A stretch of DNA of 64,000 nucleotides, taken from Escherichia phage DK-13. Within the stretch, counting starts at the first letter, position 1. Each line of letters begins with the position of its first letter. Shown piece after piece: positions 55,740 to 64,000 of the stretch. The translations under genes and the position numbers were made by a program. The stretch is taken from the sequence record MT611523.1; one strand, written 5' to 3'. The notes beneath the pieces were generated by a model. The model was not told the DNA's origin, made no database searches, and saw nothing but the letters and a program-made list of their open reading frames with translations.

Positions 55740-56416
55740 TATATTACCTTATTAATTTTATCAAAAAGTTCTTCGAGTGTGCCATCGTTTTTAATAACAA
55801 TGTCACTAGCTAGTGGTGGAAGTCCAGCTTCCGTAATGTGTGTATCAGTAGAATGATTTGCTTCATCGCGTTCTACAAAGATTATTGTAGCACCCATCGC
55901 CCGAAGCGAATCAAGTTCGTTCTTTTGACGAACATCTGGGACAACGTAATATTTATATCCAGAATAGAGGTTGTCAAGATAATCGCACGCAAAAGTTTTA
56001 ATCCAAAACATGCTGTCGAACTCTGTACAAACGATGTCAGTTCCAAGGGTCTGCATGAAACGTCTAACTGTCCAGGGCTCAACATTATTTAGTGTGTGAA
56101 ATTCAATGATTTTACGAACCATATCTGGATTCGGAAGGTCAAGATTGTATTGTTGTTTCAACCATTCAAGAGCATCAACCAGAAGAATATAAGCTTCGGT
56201 GTTGTTCATTATCAAGGTTTTTTCACGGTCATAACCTTGTCCATCAAAATTTTCCAGGGTCAAATTGTGTGGCAGGTCTTGACGAATCCACGCTTTATAA
56301 AGCGCTTCTTTAATCGGACCTGCAAGCTGCCACTTTGTTCCGTTTTGACTAATAACATAATCAGCAGTCGTATCTTTACCACTGCGTTTTTTACCCACAA
56401 TCGCAATTAATTTCAT
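55739..56416 (-). CDS. 1: gp1 deoxynucleoside monophosphate kinase
   Basis: 225 aa; P-loop GKKRSGKDT; T4 gene 1 position between 57A and 3. Confidence 0.88.
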
Positions 56417-57012
56417 ACGTTTCTCATAGATGGATGCATTGACTTAGACCTGATTTCCTGTTGCATTGCTGCATTACTATCAATCTGTGGTCTACCTTCT
56501 ATTATTATACCATCAATTTCTACAGCAAAAGACTTAAAATTAAAAGTTGCTGTTGCAATGATAGCCGGGTCAGAATCTTCTTTATACGAATACTGAATCT
56601 CTGACAGGTCGGACGGCCATGCTCCATAGTAATGGATTGACATGACAATTTTGTCCTTGTTGTTATCTAAGATATGAAGCGTGACCGCTTCGGGGCGACC
56701 CTTCGGATGCCATGCTTTTGATTCGTGTGTGATGTAGTTGTTGAGCGAGAGCATCCATTTATAGATATCAAGCCATGCTCTTAAGTCTTTGTCACACAGA
56801 AAGTTAACAATCAGCGGGTCGAATTCTATTGTACTACCAGGAAGACTGGAGCGATTTATGCCTTGTGTTCCGCCAGGAACATCCGTCACAGGAATGTGAA
56901 CTCCTGGGAGGGTAACGTCTTGAACGTTGAGTTTAAAGGTCTGTGTGAGGTTTGAATCGCTCACCTCTAATATAAAGTTAGTCGTGTTAGTTTGATTATA
57001 TAAACCTGACAT
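56413..57012 (-). CDS. 3: gp3 tail tube terminator / sheath stabiliser
   Basis: Start at MSGLYNQ; position between 1 and 2 as in T4. Confidence 0.6.
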   Translation of the reverse strand: MSGLYNQTNTTNFILEVSDSNLTQTFKLNVQDVTLPGVHIPVTDVPGGTQGINRSSLPGSTIEFDPLIVNFLCDKDLRAWLDIYKWMLSLNNYITHESKAWHPKGRPEAVTLHILDNNKDKIVMSIHYYGAWPSDLSEIQYSYKEDSDPAIIATATFNFKSFAVEIDGIIIEGRPQIDSNAAMQQEIRSKSMHPSMRNV

Positions 57013-57097
57013 AGTGCACCTTGTTTGCTTTAAAACAATCAGTGTTATAATGGTTCTAGACCTTTTGTCCTTACCAATAACACTGACCGATAATAGA

Positions 57098-57931
57098 TTA
57101 TGAATTTCTCCATACTTTCTGGGAAGAGAATCTTTTGCCTTTCGACATAAATTGTTGCAACGGAAGCATAACAACGTTTGCCCAGTCGCTGGGCTTGATT
57201 TCAGTGATAGTACCTTTTATATTGCCAGGTATATATGCTTTAATCATCTGGTCAGCCCCTTTAAATCCCTTCACCTTTGACCAATCAATCTTCAGATGAG
57301 TCTTGTTCGTAATCGTAGGAGTATTAGCATATTGCTTAAGAAGTTCCTCAAGGAACTCTTGACGTGCCTTCGGTGGAATATAGTGCAAGTTCAAACCATA
57401 CATCAAATTGTGCTTACCTAGCCCAAGATAAATGATTAACGGATATTTGTCCCAGTACGGAAGAGTATCCTTATGCTTTGCATCATAGATATAAGCATAA
57501 ATCTTACCCGGTTGAGGTTTAGCCGTTACGTGGCCGCGAACTGATTTCTTAATTGTCTCTGCGAACCATCTGGCGGATTTGGTGTTGCTTGCAGCGCCTT
57601 CGTTAGCAATCTTATCTCTTATGCTCTTTCTAAAGCTATTCACCATTATCAGCTGACGTTCAGCCTTCGTAAGTTTACCGGCAGGTTTCTTTTTGAGCTT
57701 GGATACTTTATAAGCAGTCTGAATTCTCGAATGATATCTTGACATGCTTTTGGTAAAGGTCGAATAGTTGATTCCTTTCTCTTCAGCAAACTTCTTCGAG
57801 GTCATTCCCTTTTCTTTTGCTGTATAAAATTCAACCCCTATTTCAACCCATTGTTGTTCTGATTTACTGGGTTTCGGACCTGGTTTATCTGCAGATTCAT
57901 TGATAAATGTAAAAATACTCATCCTTTCCAT
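57098..57931 (-). CDS. 2: gp2 DNA end-protector protein
   Basis: 277 aa (T4 gp2 is 274 aa); basic; position between 3 and 4. Confidence 0.7.
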   Translation of the reverse strand: MERMSIFTFINESADKPGPKPSKSEQQWVEIGVEFYTAKEKGMTSKKFAEEKGINYSTFTKSMSRYHSRIQTAYKVSKLKKKPAGKLTKAERQLIMVNSFRKSIRDKIANEGAASNTKSARWFAETIKKSVRGHVTAKPQPGKIYAYIYDAKHKDTLPYWDKYPLIIYLGLGKHNLMYGLNLHYIPPKARQEFLEELLKQYANTPTITNKTHLKIDWSKVKGFKGADQMIKAYIPGNIKGTITEIKPSDWANVVMLPLQQFMSKGKRFSSQKVWRNS

Positions 57932-58647
57932 CCTTCTATAAAATTAATCAAATCATTTTTTAAATAGTATGGTAAGGTTTCTGTATAGCCATCGACCATA
58001 ATATCTTTATTCAAATAACCTCTGTCTTTTATATATAAAACAGATATTGCGGATTCTAACATTTTGGCTTGTGCACCCAGTTCAAATTCTCGATAATATA
58101 ATTTGGAACTAATGCATTTGGAAAAATGATTTTGCTGCCACAATCTAAAATCATGATTGGAAGTTATACCATACTTTAAAGCAGTTCCGCCTGGATATTC
58201 TATTTTATTAACATAAACAATAGCAGGTTTCTTTGCGTTAAATCCTTTGTGACAACAGTTTGGACATCCTTTGTTTTTTGTTGTAAAGTTGTTTAGATTT
58301 GTAATCCAACTGGTTGAACATGTAGAACACTTTATATAGGCTTTTGATTTTGTAAAAGTTGAATATGTGGTATCCCATTTATCAAAACTATACAATGGAT
58401 TCACGGAATTTATTCTTGTGATTGCATCTAATTCAGATATTAATTTGCTTTCACCATAAGAACGTTTTAAATTACAATTAGAACACCAACTTTTTGTTTT
58501 TAACTTATGCTTTAAAACAGTTGCTTTGTATTTGCATGTTTCTTCACATATAAAGCACTTTACAAATATCAAAGTTTTTGATTTATTAAAATCGCCTTGT
58601 CCCACTATCTCGCCATTTGTGATGTTAAAATCTGAACAATCGTACAT
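57919..58647 (-). CDS. Zinc-finger protein with GIY-YIG/T5orf172-like nuclease module (putative mobile endonuclease)
   Basis: 242 aa; two Cys clusters; [24 protein letters not shown]...R resembles the GIY-(10-11)-YIG pattern; markedly AT-rich coding DNA; inserted between genes 2 and 4. Confidence 0.5.
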   Translation of the reverse strand: MYDCSDFNITNGEIVGQGDFNKSKTLIFVKCFICEETCKYKATVLKHKLKTKSWCSNCNLKRSYGESKLISELDAITRINSVNPLYSFDKWDTTYSTFTKSKAYIKCSTCSTSWITNLNNFTTKNKGCPNCCHKGFNAKKPAIVYVNKIEYPGGTALKYGITSNHDFRLWQQNHFSKCISSKLYYREFELGAQAKMLESAISVLYIKDRGYLNKDIMVDGYTETLPYYLKNDLINFIEGWKG

Positions 58648-59099
58648 TATAAACCCTTATATCCCATTTTTCTAAGCGCATCTTCAGTAATCAATCTAAA
58701 CTGGATGCCCATTTTATCGGCTACGGCCTGCGCTGCTTTCCACTTATCCTTGTTAACGGCCCAAGTGTACATTTCGTTCATAAACCTCTTCTTACTTGCG
58801 GCGGTCGTATTGACTGGTTTTGCCGGCGGCCTTGTTTCCTTTTTGGGTTTGACCTCAAAGAAAAACTGTTGTCCATTTGAGAATTTCACCCACATATCCA
58901 TGTAATATCTGCGTTTTTTACCATCCGCATTACTGAAATATGGAATAATTACGGTCTCAGAGCCCCATTGTATCACATCTGGATGATTATCTAACCAATT
59001 AAATACAAATTTTTCCCAATTTGACCTGTATGTGATTTTCTTCCAGTCTCCTTTGTACTTGGCAACGTTTTTTGGCTGCCACTTCCCGGAGTATGCCAT
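58647..59099 (-). CDS. 4: gp4 head completion protein
   Basis: 150 aa (same as T4 gp4); divergent from gene 53 with late promoter upstream. Confidence 0.7.
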   Translation of the reverse strand: MAYSGKWQPKNVAKYKGDWKKITYRSNWEKFVFNWLDNHPDVIQWGSETVIIPYFSNADGKKRRYYMDMWVKFSNGQQFFFEVKPKKETRPPAKPVNTTAASKKRFMNEMYTWAVNKDKWKAAQAVADKMGIQFRLITEDALRKMGYKGL

Positions 59100-59127
59100 A
59101 TAGCCTCCTAATAAATATTGATATACT

Positions 59128-59139
59128 TATTTATAAATG
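59128..59139. promoter_or_regulatory. Overlapping divergent late promoters for genes 4 and 53
   Basis: Minus-strand exact TATAAATA (59128-59135) upstream of gene 4; plus-strand TATAAATG (59132-59139) upstream of gene 53 RBS GGAGG. Confidence 0.5.
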
Positions 59140-59147
59140 GAGGCTTT

Positions 59148-59750
59148 ATGCTTTTTTCATTTTTTAACCCAATTGATTATGATGCTAAAACAATCAGAAA
59201 AAACTCGGCATCATTAACGAAAGAAGACGTCTTAAGCATCCCAATGACTGACATCTTCAGAAACTATCGTGCCTATTTTGATAAGGTTGCGGTTAATTAT
59301 ACACCGAAAACATATTACATCGCTGGAGCTCCAAGACCTGAAGAACTTGCATATCAGCTCTATGGTAATACTCAACTCTATTGGGTTCTCCTTATGCTTA
59401 ATGATATCTATGACCCGTATTATGGTTGGATATGTTCACAAGAATCATCGTATCAGGCATCAATTCAACGCTATTCGAATATAGGTGGTAATCAGGTTCT
59501 TTATCATGTAAATGAAGATGGTGAAAAATTCTGGAATCTTGTTTCTTATCCTGATAATCCGTACACCTGGTATGATAAAGGTGATAAGAATAAATTGTAC
59601 CCACAATATGAAGGTCCATTAGCTGCAGTAGATATCTATGAAGATGCTATTCGTAAAAATGAATATAAACGAGAAATAAAGATAATCGACCCTAATGATA
59701 TCGAATCATTTATTTCGGCATTAATCCGTGAGATGGAGAAGTCATTATGA
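59148..59750 (+). CDS. 53: gp53 baseplate wedge protein
   Basis: Start at MLFSFFNPIDYD; strongly similar to T4 gp53 (IPMTDIFRNY...TYYI.G.PRPEELA...LYWVLLM.ND.YDPYYGW). Confidence 0.9.
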   Translation: MLFSFFNPIDYDAKTIRKNSASLTKEDVLSIPMTDIFRNYRAYFDKVAVNYTPKTYYIAGAPRPEELAYQLYGNTQLYWVLLMLNDIYDPYYGWICSQESSYQASIQRYSNIGGNQVLYHVNEDGEKFWNLVSYPDNPYTWYDKGDKNKLYPQYEGPLAAVDIYEDAIRKNEYKREIKIIDPNDIESFISALIREMEKSL

Positions 59751-61489
59751 TTAATATGTCAGATAATGTAAGTTGGTTCGTCGGTGTTGTCGAAGACCGA
59801 ATGGACCCACTTCAACAAGGTCGAGTCCGTGTCCGTGTATGGGGTATGCATCCATATGAGAAATCGCAAGGACCTGTAAAAGGTATCAGAACTGAAGACC
59901 TGCCATGGATGTCTGTACTGATGCCAACATCATCTGCATCAGTTTCTGGTATTCAAACTGCAATGACCGGTATGGTGCCAGGGACTCAGGTATATGGTCA
60001 CTTTTTAGACAAGTGGAAACTCAACGGACTTGTTATTGGTACGTATGGTTCAACCTCAAGACAAAAAGCAAATCCCAACGAAGGCTTCTCTGACCCCACA
60101 GGACAATATCCACTTTATGTAGGTAATGATGCTGCTGCGCTCAACCGAGGCGGTGAGGTCGGTTACGATGCAACTTCGAACGTAATTCAGGATGCAAACA
60201 CCGATGTAGGTATTAACCCTGATGGCCTTGATTTGAGTCAAGTTAAGCCAGATGATAATCCTAATTTCACAATTGAAAATATGCTTCACCGTGATGAAGG
60301 TCTTCGTTTGAAAGTATATTGGGACACCGAAGGTTATCCTACTATAGGTATAGGACACTTAATTGCACCACAACCTATTAGAGATATGAATCAGATAAAC
60401 AAAATATTATCTAATCAAATAGGCCGTGAAGTTAAAGGTAACCCTGGTGCAATATCAATGGACGAGGCTTCTAAGTTATTCCAGGAAGACCTTAAAAAAG
60501 TTCAAAACGATATAGGCCGGCATAGTGTTGTAGGCCCGGTTTACAATAAAGAAAACCGTTCGAGACAAATGGCTCTTGAAAACATGGCTTTCCAAATGGG
60601 ATTGGGTGGATTGGCTAAATTCCGTGGAATGCTTAGCGCAATGTTAGTAGGTGATTATAAAAAAGCATTTGAGGAAGCTCGTAATTCAGTATGGTTTAAC
60701 CAAACTAAAGGCCGTGCATCAAGGGTGTCAATGATTATCCTCACAGGTAACATGGAATCATATGGTATTATGGCCCCTAAAGAAAGGTCATTTAAAGGGC
60801 GTTCATATAGGATGATTCAAACCTTTGTAGCCCCTGCAAATTCTGACCCAGCCGACCCGTGGACTCCAGAAGATACGAGGATTCTGTTTAAAGAGCCAGA
60901 ATCCAGTTACAAGGGCGAATATCCTTATGTGCAGACAATGCAAACTGAAGGCGGTCATATTCAGGAATTCGATAATACCCCTGGACAAGAACGTTATCGA
61001 CTGATTCACCCGACCGGTTCCTACGAGGAAGTTGCACCAGATGGTCGTAAGACTTCGAAGACGGTAGCTGATGGTTATTATATGACCCAGGGTGATTCGA
61101 GTACTTATGTTGGTGGTAATAATAAAGTCAACGTTGGTGGTGATGAAACCTATTACAATATGGCTAATGTTCGACGTCAGACCGATGGAAACGAAAGCAT
61201 TCATATTCGTGGGAATGAAACCAAAACCATTGAAGGTGACGGTACAATTATTGTCAAAGGTAATGTAAGTATTCTGGTCGAAGGTAATGCTGAAATAACT
61301 GTTAAAGGTGACGCAAAAACTCTTGTCGAAGGTAACCATGATTATACGGTAAATGGTAATGTCAAATGGTCCGTTAATGGAAACGTTGATATGACCGTGG
61401 CTGGCAATTGGTCCGAAACAATGTCAACAATGAGTTCTATTGCATCTGGTCAATATACTATTGATGGTTCGAGGATTGACATTGGCTAA
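59747..61489 (+). CDS. 5: gp5 baseplate hub and tail lysozyme (cell-puncturing device)
   Basis: 580 aa; central lysozyme domain (GLRLKVYWDTEGYPTIGIGHLI) and C-terminal VxGxxxxx beta-helix repeats. Confidence 0.95.
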   Translation: MINMSDNVSWFVGVVEDRMDPLQQGRVRVRVWGMHPYEKSQGPVKGIRTEDLPWMSVLMPTSSASVSGIQTAMTGMVPGTQVYGHFLDKWKLNGLVIGTYGSTSRQKANPNEGFSDPTGQYPLYVGNDAAALNRGGEVGYDATSNVIQDANTDVGINPDGLDLSQVKPDDNPNFTIENMLHRDEGLRLKVYWDTEGYPTIGIGHLIAPQPIRDMNQINKILSNQIGREVKGNPGAISMDEASKLFQEDLKKVQNDIGRHSVVGPVYNKENRSRQMALENMAFQMGLGGLAKFRGMLSAMLVGDYKKAFEEARNSVWFNQTKGRASRVSMIILTGNMESYGIMAPKERSFKGRSYRMIQTFVAPANSDPADPWTPEDTRILFKEPESSYKGEYPYVQTMQTEGGHIQEFDNTPGQERYRLIHPTGSYEEVAPDGRKTSKTVADGYYMTQGDSSTYVGGNNKVNVGGDETYYNMANVRRQTDGNESIHIRGNETKTIEGDGTIIVKGNVSILVEGNAEITVKGDAKTLVEGNHDYTVNGNVKWSVNGNVDMTVAGNWSETMSTMSSIASGQYTIDGSRIDIG

Positions 61490-61499
61490 TATACTTCCA

Positions 61500-62021
61500 A
61501 TGAGCACTGACCTAGGAGACTCCATGGAAGGAGACTCAATCGATGTTACGTTTACGGCTCAATTAGAAACAAACGAAACATTAGTCGAAATAAATATAAC
61601 TGAATATGAGGCCACCCCTGGCGTTAATGTTGAGGAGAATCATCTTTATGGTGTTTATGAATCCGTGTTCGGATTCGCAGATGATGCACTTAAATATCGG
61701 CTTAATGATGAATTCAAAACTGCCGGTTCATGGGAAGACCTTCCTACCGATAAGAGTACTCAATTGTATCTCTGGAGGGCCCCAGCGAGCCTCCAGAAGG
61801 TCTTTTCATACACGGTAACCCTAACCTATGACTTTCAAGAAGAGAGCTCTGGTGGAGACACAGGGAGCTCTGGTGGCAGTAATAGCCGTGCAGGTAATGA
61901 GACCGACCCACCTCCTGCTCCAGTAAGAAAAACAATGACAAAAGTTTACACAAAAACTATCGTTGGTAACTGGTCAAGATGGGCAGATAAATTGCGTTCA
62001 TACGTATACGCGAGGGATTAA
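61500..62021 (+). CDS. gp5.1-like protein
   Basis: Start at MSTDLGDS just after the gp5 stop; position between 5 and 5.4. Confidence 0.55.
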   Translation: MSTDLGDSMEGDSIDVTFTAQLETNETLVEINITEYEATPGVNVEENHLYGVYESVFGFADDALKYRLNDEFKTAGSWEDLPTDKSTQLYLWRAPASLQKVFSYTVTLTYDFQEESSGGDTGSSGGSNSRAGNETDPPPAPVRKTMTKVYTKTIVGNWSRWADKLRSYVYARD

Positions 62022-62314
62022 TGGCTGGATTAAGTTTTAATCAATGTGTTACAGCAGGTCACGAAGCATGGCCACCGACTGTAATTAATGCAACTCAAGG
62101 TAAAGTATTCACCGGCGGAATTCCGGTGTTAGTTGCCGGAGACCCTATTACCGAGCATACCGAAATTAAAAAACCATATGAAACTCACGGTGGAGTAACA
62201 CAACCGCGCACATCAAAAGTATTTGTTACCGGTAAGAAAGCTGTTCAAATGGCAGACCCGATTTCATGTGGTGATACTGTGGCTCAAGCCTCATCAAAAG
62301 TCTTTATAAAATAG
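62021..62314 (+). CDS. 5.4: gp5.4 PAAR-repeat tail spike tip
   Basis: 97 aa (same as T4 gp5.4); immediately upstream of gene 6. Confidence 0.8.
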   Translation: MAGLSFNQCVTAGHEAWPPTVINATQGKVFTGGIPVLVAGDPITEHTEIKKPYETHGGVTQPRTSKVFVTGKKAVQMADPISCGDTVAQASSKVFIK

Positions 62315-62322
62315 GAAATAAA

Positions 62323-64000
62323 ATGGCTACTCCTACGAATTACCAATTAACAAGAACCGTTAACGCTATCCCAAAAGTATTTGTGGGAGCTACGTTTGAA
62401 GAAATTAAAAAGAACATCATCGACTGGTTATCAAGCCAGGATGAATTTAAGGATTATGATTTCGTCGGTTCGCGAATGAATATCCTGATTGATATGCTTG
62501 CATACAATACATTGTATATGCAACAGTTTGCTAACACGGCAGTTTACGAATCATTTATCGGAACTGCAAATCTAAGGTCTTCGGTTGTTCAGGCTGCACA
62601 GGATAATGGTTATCTTCCATCTTCACGTTCGGCCGCAAAGACTTCGGTTATGTTGACATGTTCTCATGCTCTGCAACCATCGAATATTGAAATCCCACGA
62701 GGAACTAAATTCCTGGCATATGCTCGTGATACATCAGCTGACCCTTATGTTTTTGTTACCACGGAAAACGTTATCGCGGTTAAAGACATTAACAACCAAT
62801 ACCTTCCGATTGTATCTCTAGCCCAGGGCCGTATTATTCGTACAGAACTTTTATATGACCCGAAACAACCTATTCTTATTCGCGACCCGGATATCGACCG
62901 CAAAGAAGTTAAGTTATATGTGAACGGTGTTGAGTGGGTTGACTGGACGAACAAATCAATGGTCCATGCTGGTTCGACTTCCACCATATTTTATATGCGT
63001 GAAACAATCGATGGCTATACTGAATTTTTCTTCGGTGAAGGTGAATCCACCAAATCTGTAGCCGGCGGCGTTATGGAAGCCAACTATATTGGCGGTCTCA
63101 AACCTGTGCAAGATTCGACAATTGTTATTGAATATCTTCGTACCTCAGGGGCAGATGCAAACGGTGCAATTGATTTCAGTTATGCTGATACTTTGTCCTA
63201 TATAACAGTGGATAAAATTACTGAAAACTACAACGACGACCCTGATTATGTCGGTGCTGATGGTGGTGGTGACCCGGAAGATATCGAACGAATCCGTGAA
63301 CTGGCTGTTGTTAAACGTGAAGCACAGATGCGTGCTGTCACCGGGACGGATTATGATACCTTCGTATCCGAAAGATTTGGCTCAATCGTGCAAGCCGTAC
63401 AGACGTTTACAGACGCAAATAAACCTGGGTATGCGTTTATATCAGTTAAGCCTAAATCGGGCTTGTATCTCACCGCAGTGCAGCGTGAGGACATCCAGAA
63501 CTACCTTAGCGAGTTCAACGTATCAACAATTACACCCTCGGTAATTTCTCCGGATTATTTGTTCCTTAAACATAATATCAAAGTATCTTATGCGCTGAAC
63601 AAATTACAAGAATCTGAACAATGGTTGCAAGCACAAATCATTAATCAGATTGACCGTTATTATATCGATGAAGTTGAAATCTTTAACAGAAGTTTTGCTA
63701 AGTCAAAAATGCTTACGTATGTGGATAATACTGACCATAGTATTCTTGGTTCATCTGCAACCATTTCGATGGTGCGTGAAGTCCTGAACTTCTTTAAGAC
63801 TCCAGAATCCGGCATTAAATACTATAACCAGTATGGCAACCGTTCAGTCGAATCAAGTGAATTTGAATTTGTTCCGACCACAGGTGAAGCCTATAACGTT
63901 CGCATTGTTGCAACTGATAAAGATTCTCGTGGTGATGGTAAAATGGTAATTGGTCCATTCCGTCCAGGCGATGTTATTGAAAATGTAAACATCCAGCCTT
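62323..64000 (+). CDS. 6: gp6 baseplate wedge protein (partial, runs off window end)
   Basis: ATG at 62323 with AGGAAA RBS; translation MATPTNYQLTRTVNAIPKVFVGATFEEIKKNIIDWL... matches the T4 gp6 N-terminus; absent from the ORF track because no stop occurs in the window. Confidence 0.85.
   Translation, partial: MATPTNYQLTRTVNAIPKVFVGATFEEIKKNIIDWLSSQDEFKDYDFVGSRMNILIDMLAYNTLYMQQFANTAVYESFIGTANLRSSVVQAAQDNGYLPSSRSAAKTSVMLTCSHALQPSNIEIPRGTKFLAYARDTSADPYVFVTTENVIAVKDINNQYLPIVSLAQGRIIRTELLYDPKQPILIRDPDIDRKEVKLYVNGVEWVDWTNKSMVHAGSTSTIFYMRETIDGYTEFFFGEGESTKSVAGGVMEANYIGGLKPVQDSTIVIEYLRTSGADANGAIDFSYADTLSYITVDKITENYNDDPDYVGADGGGDPEDIERIRELAVVKREAQMRAVTGTDYDTFVSERFGSIVQAVQTFTDANKPGYAFISVKPKSGLYLTAVQREDIQNYLSEFNVSTITPSVISPDYLFLKHNIKVSYALNKLQESEQWLQAQIINQIDRYYIDEVEIFNRSFAKSKMLTYVDNTDHSILGSSATISMVREVLNFFKTPESGIKYYNQYGNRSVESSEFEFVPTTGEAYNVRIVATDKDSRGDGKMVIGPFRPGDVIENVNIQP

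Noticed and set aside
60803-61339. 178 aa minus-strand ORF
   Set aside because: Antisense to the repetitive C-terminal beta-helix region of gp5; low-complexity translation; no RBS.

Overview
This window is a contiguous segment of a T4-like (T-even, Tevenvirinae-type) myovirus genome. Calls rest on reading the supplied ORF translations and the DNA by eye against remembered T4 proteins and motifs; no database search was run. From 0.2 to 59.1 kb nearly everything is on the minus strand in T4 order: sp/dmd block, 41, 40, uvsX, imm, 43, regA, 62, 44, 45, rpbA, 46, 47, 55, nrdH/G/D, 49, nrdC, a long hyperplastic nrdC-tk block, tk, regB, denV, e, nudE, a second hyperplastic block, two tRNAs, an internal-protein array, acb1 (57B), 57A, 1, 3, 2, 4. 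At 59.1 kb transcription diverges to plus-strand late baseplate genes 53, 5, 5.1, 5.4 and the start of 6. The most interesting content is accessory: an expanded set of capsid-targeted internal proteins beside acb1, a macro-domain protein, a Pol-beta-type nucleotidyltransferase, a lone plus-strand collagen-like fibre protein, three free-standing endonuclease genes, a tandem paralog family, repeated early-promoter cassettes, and a structured RNA candidate next to the tRNAs. Dedicated dCMP hydroxymethylase and glucosyltransferase genes are absent from their canonical T4 positions. ORFs from the supplied track that lie antisense inside these genes were treated as shadow ORFs and not annotated.
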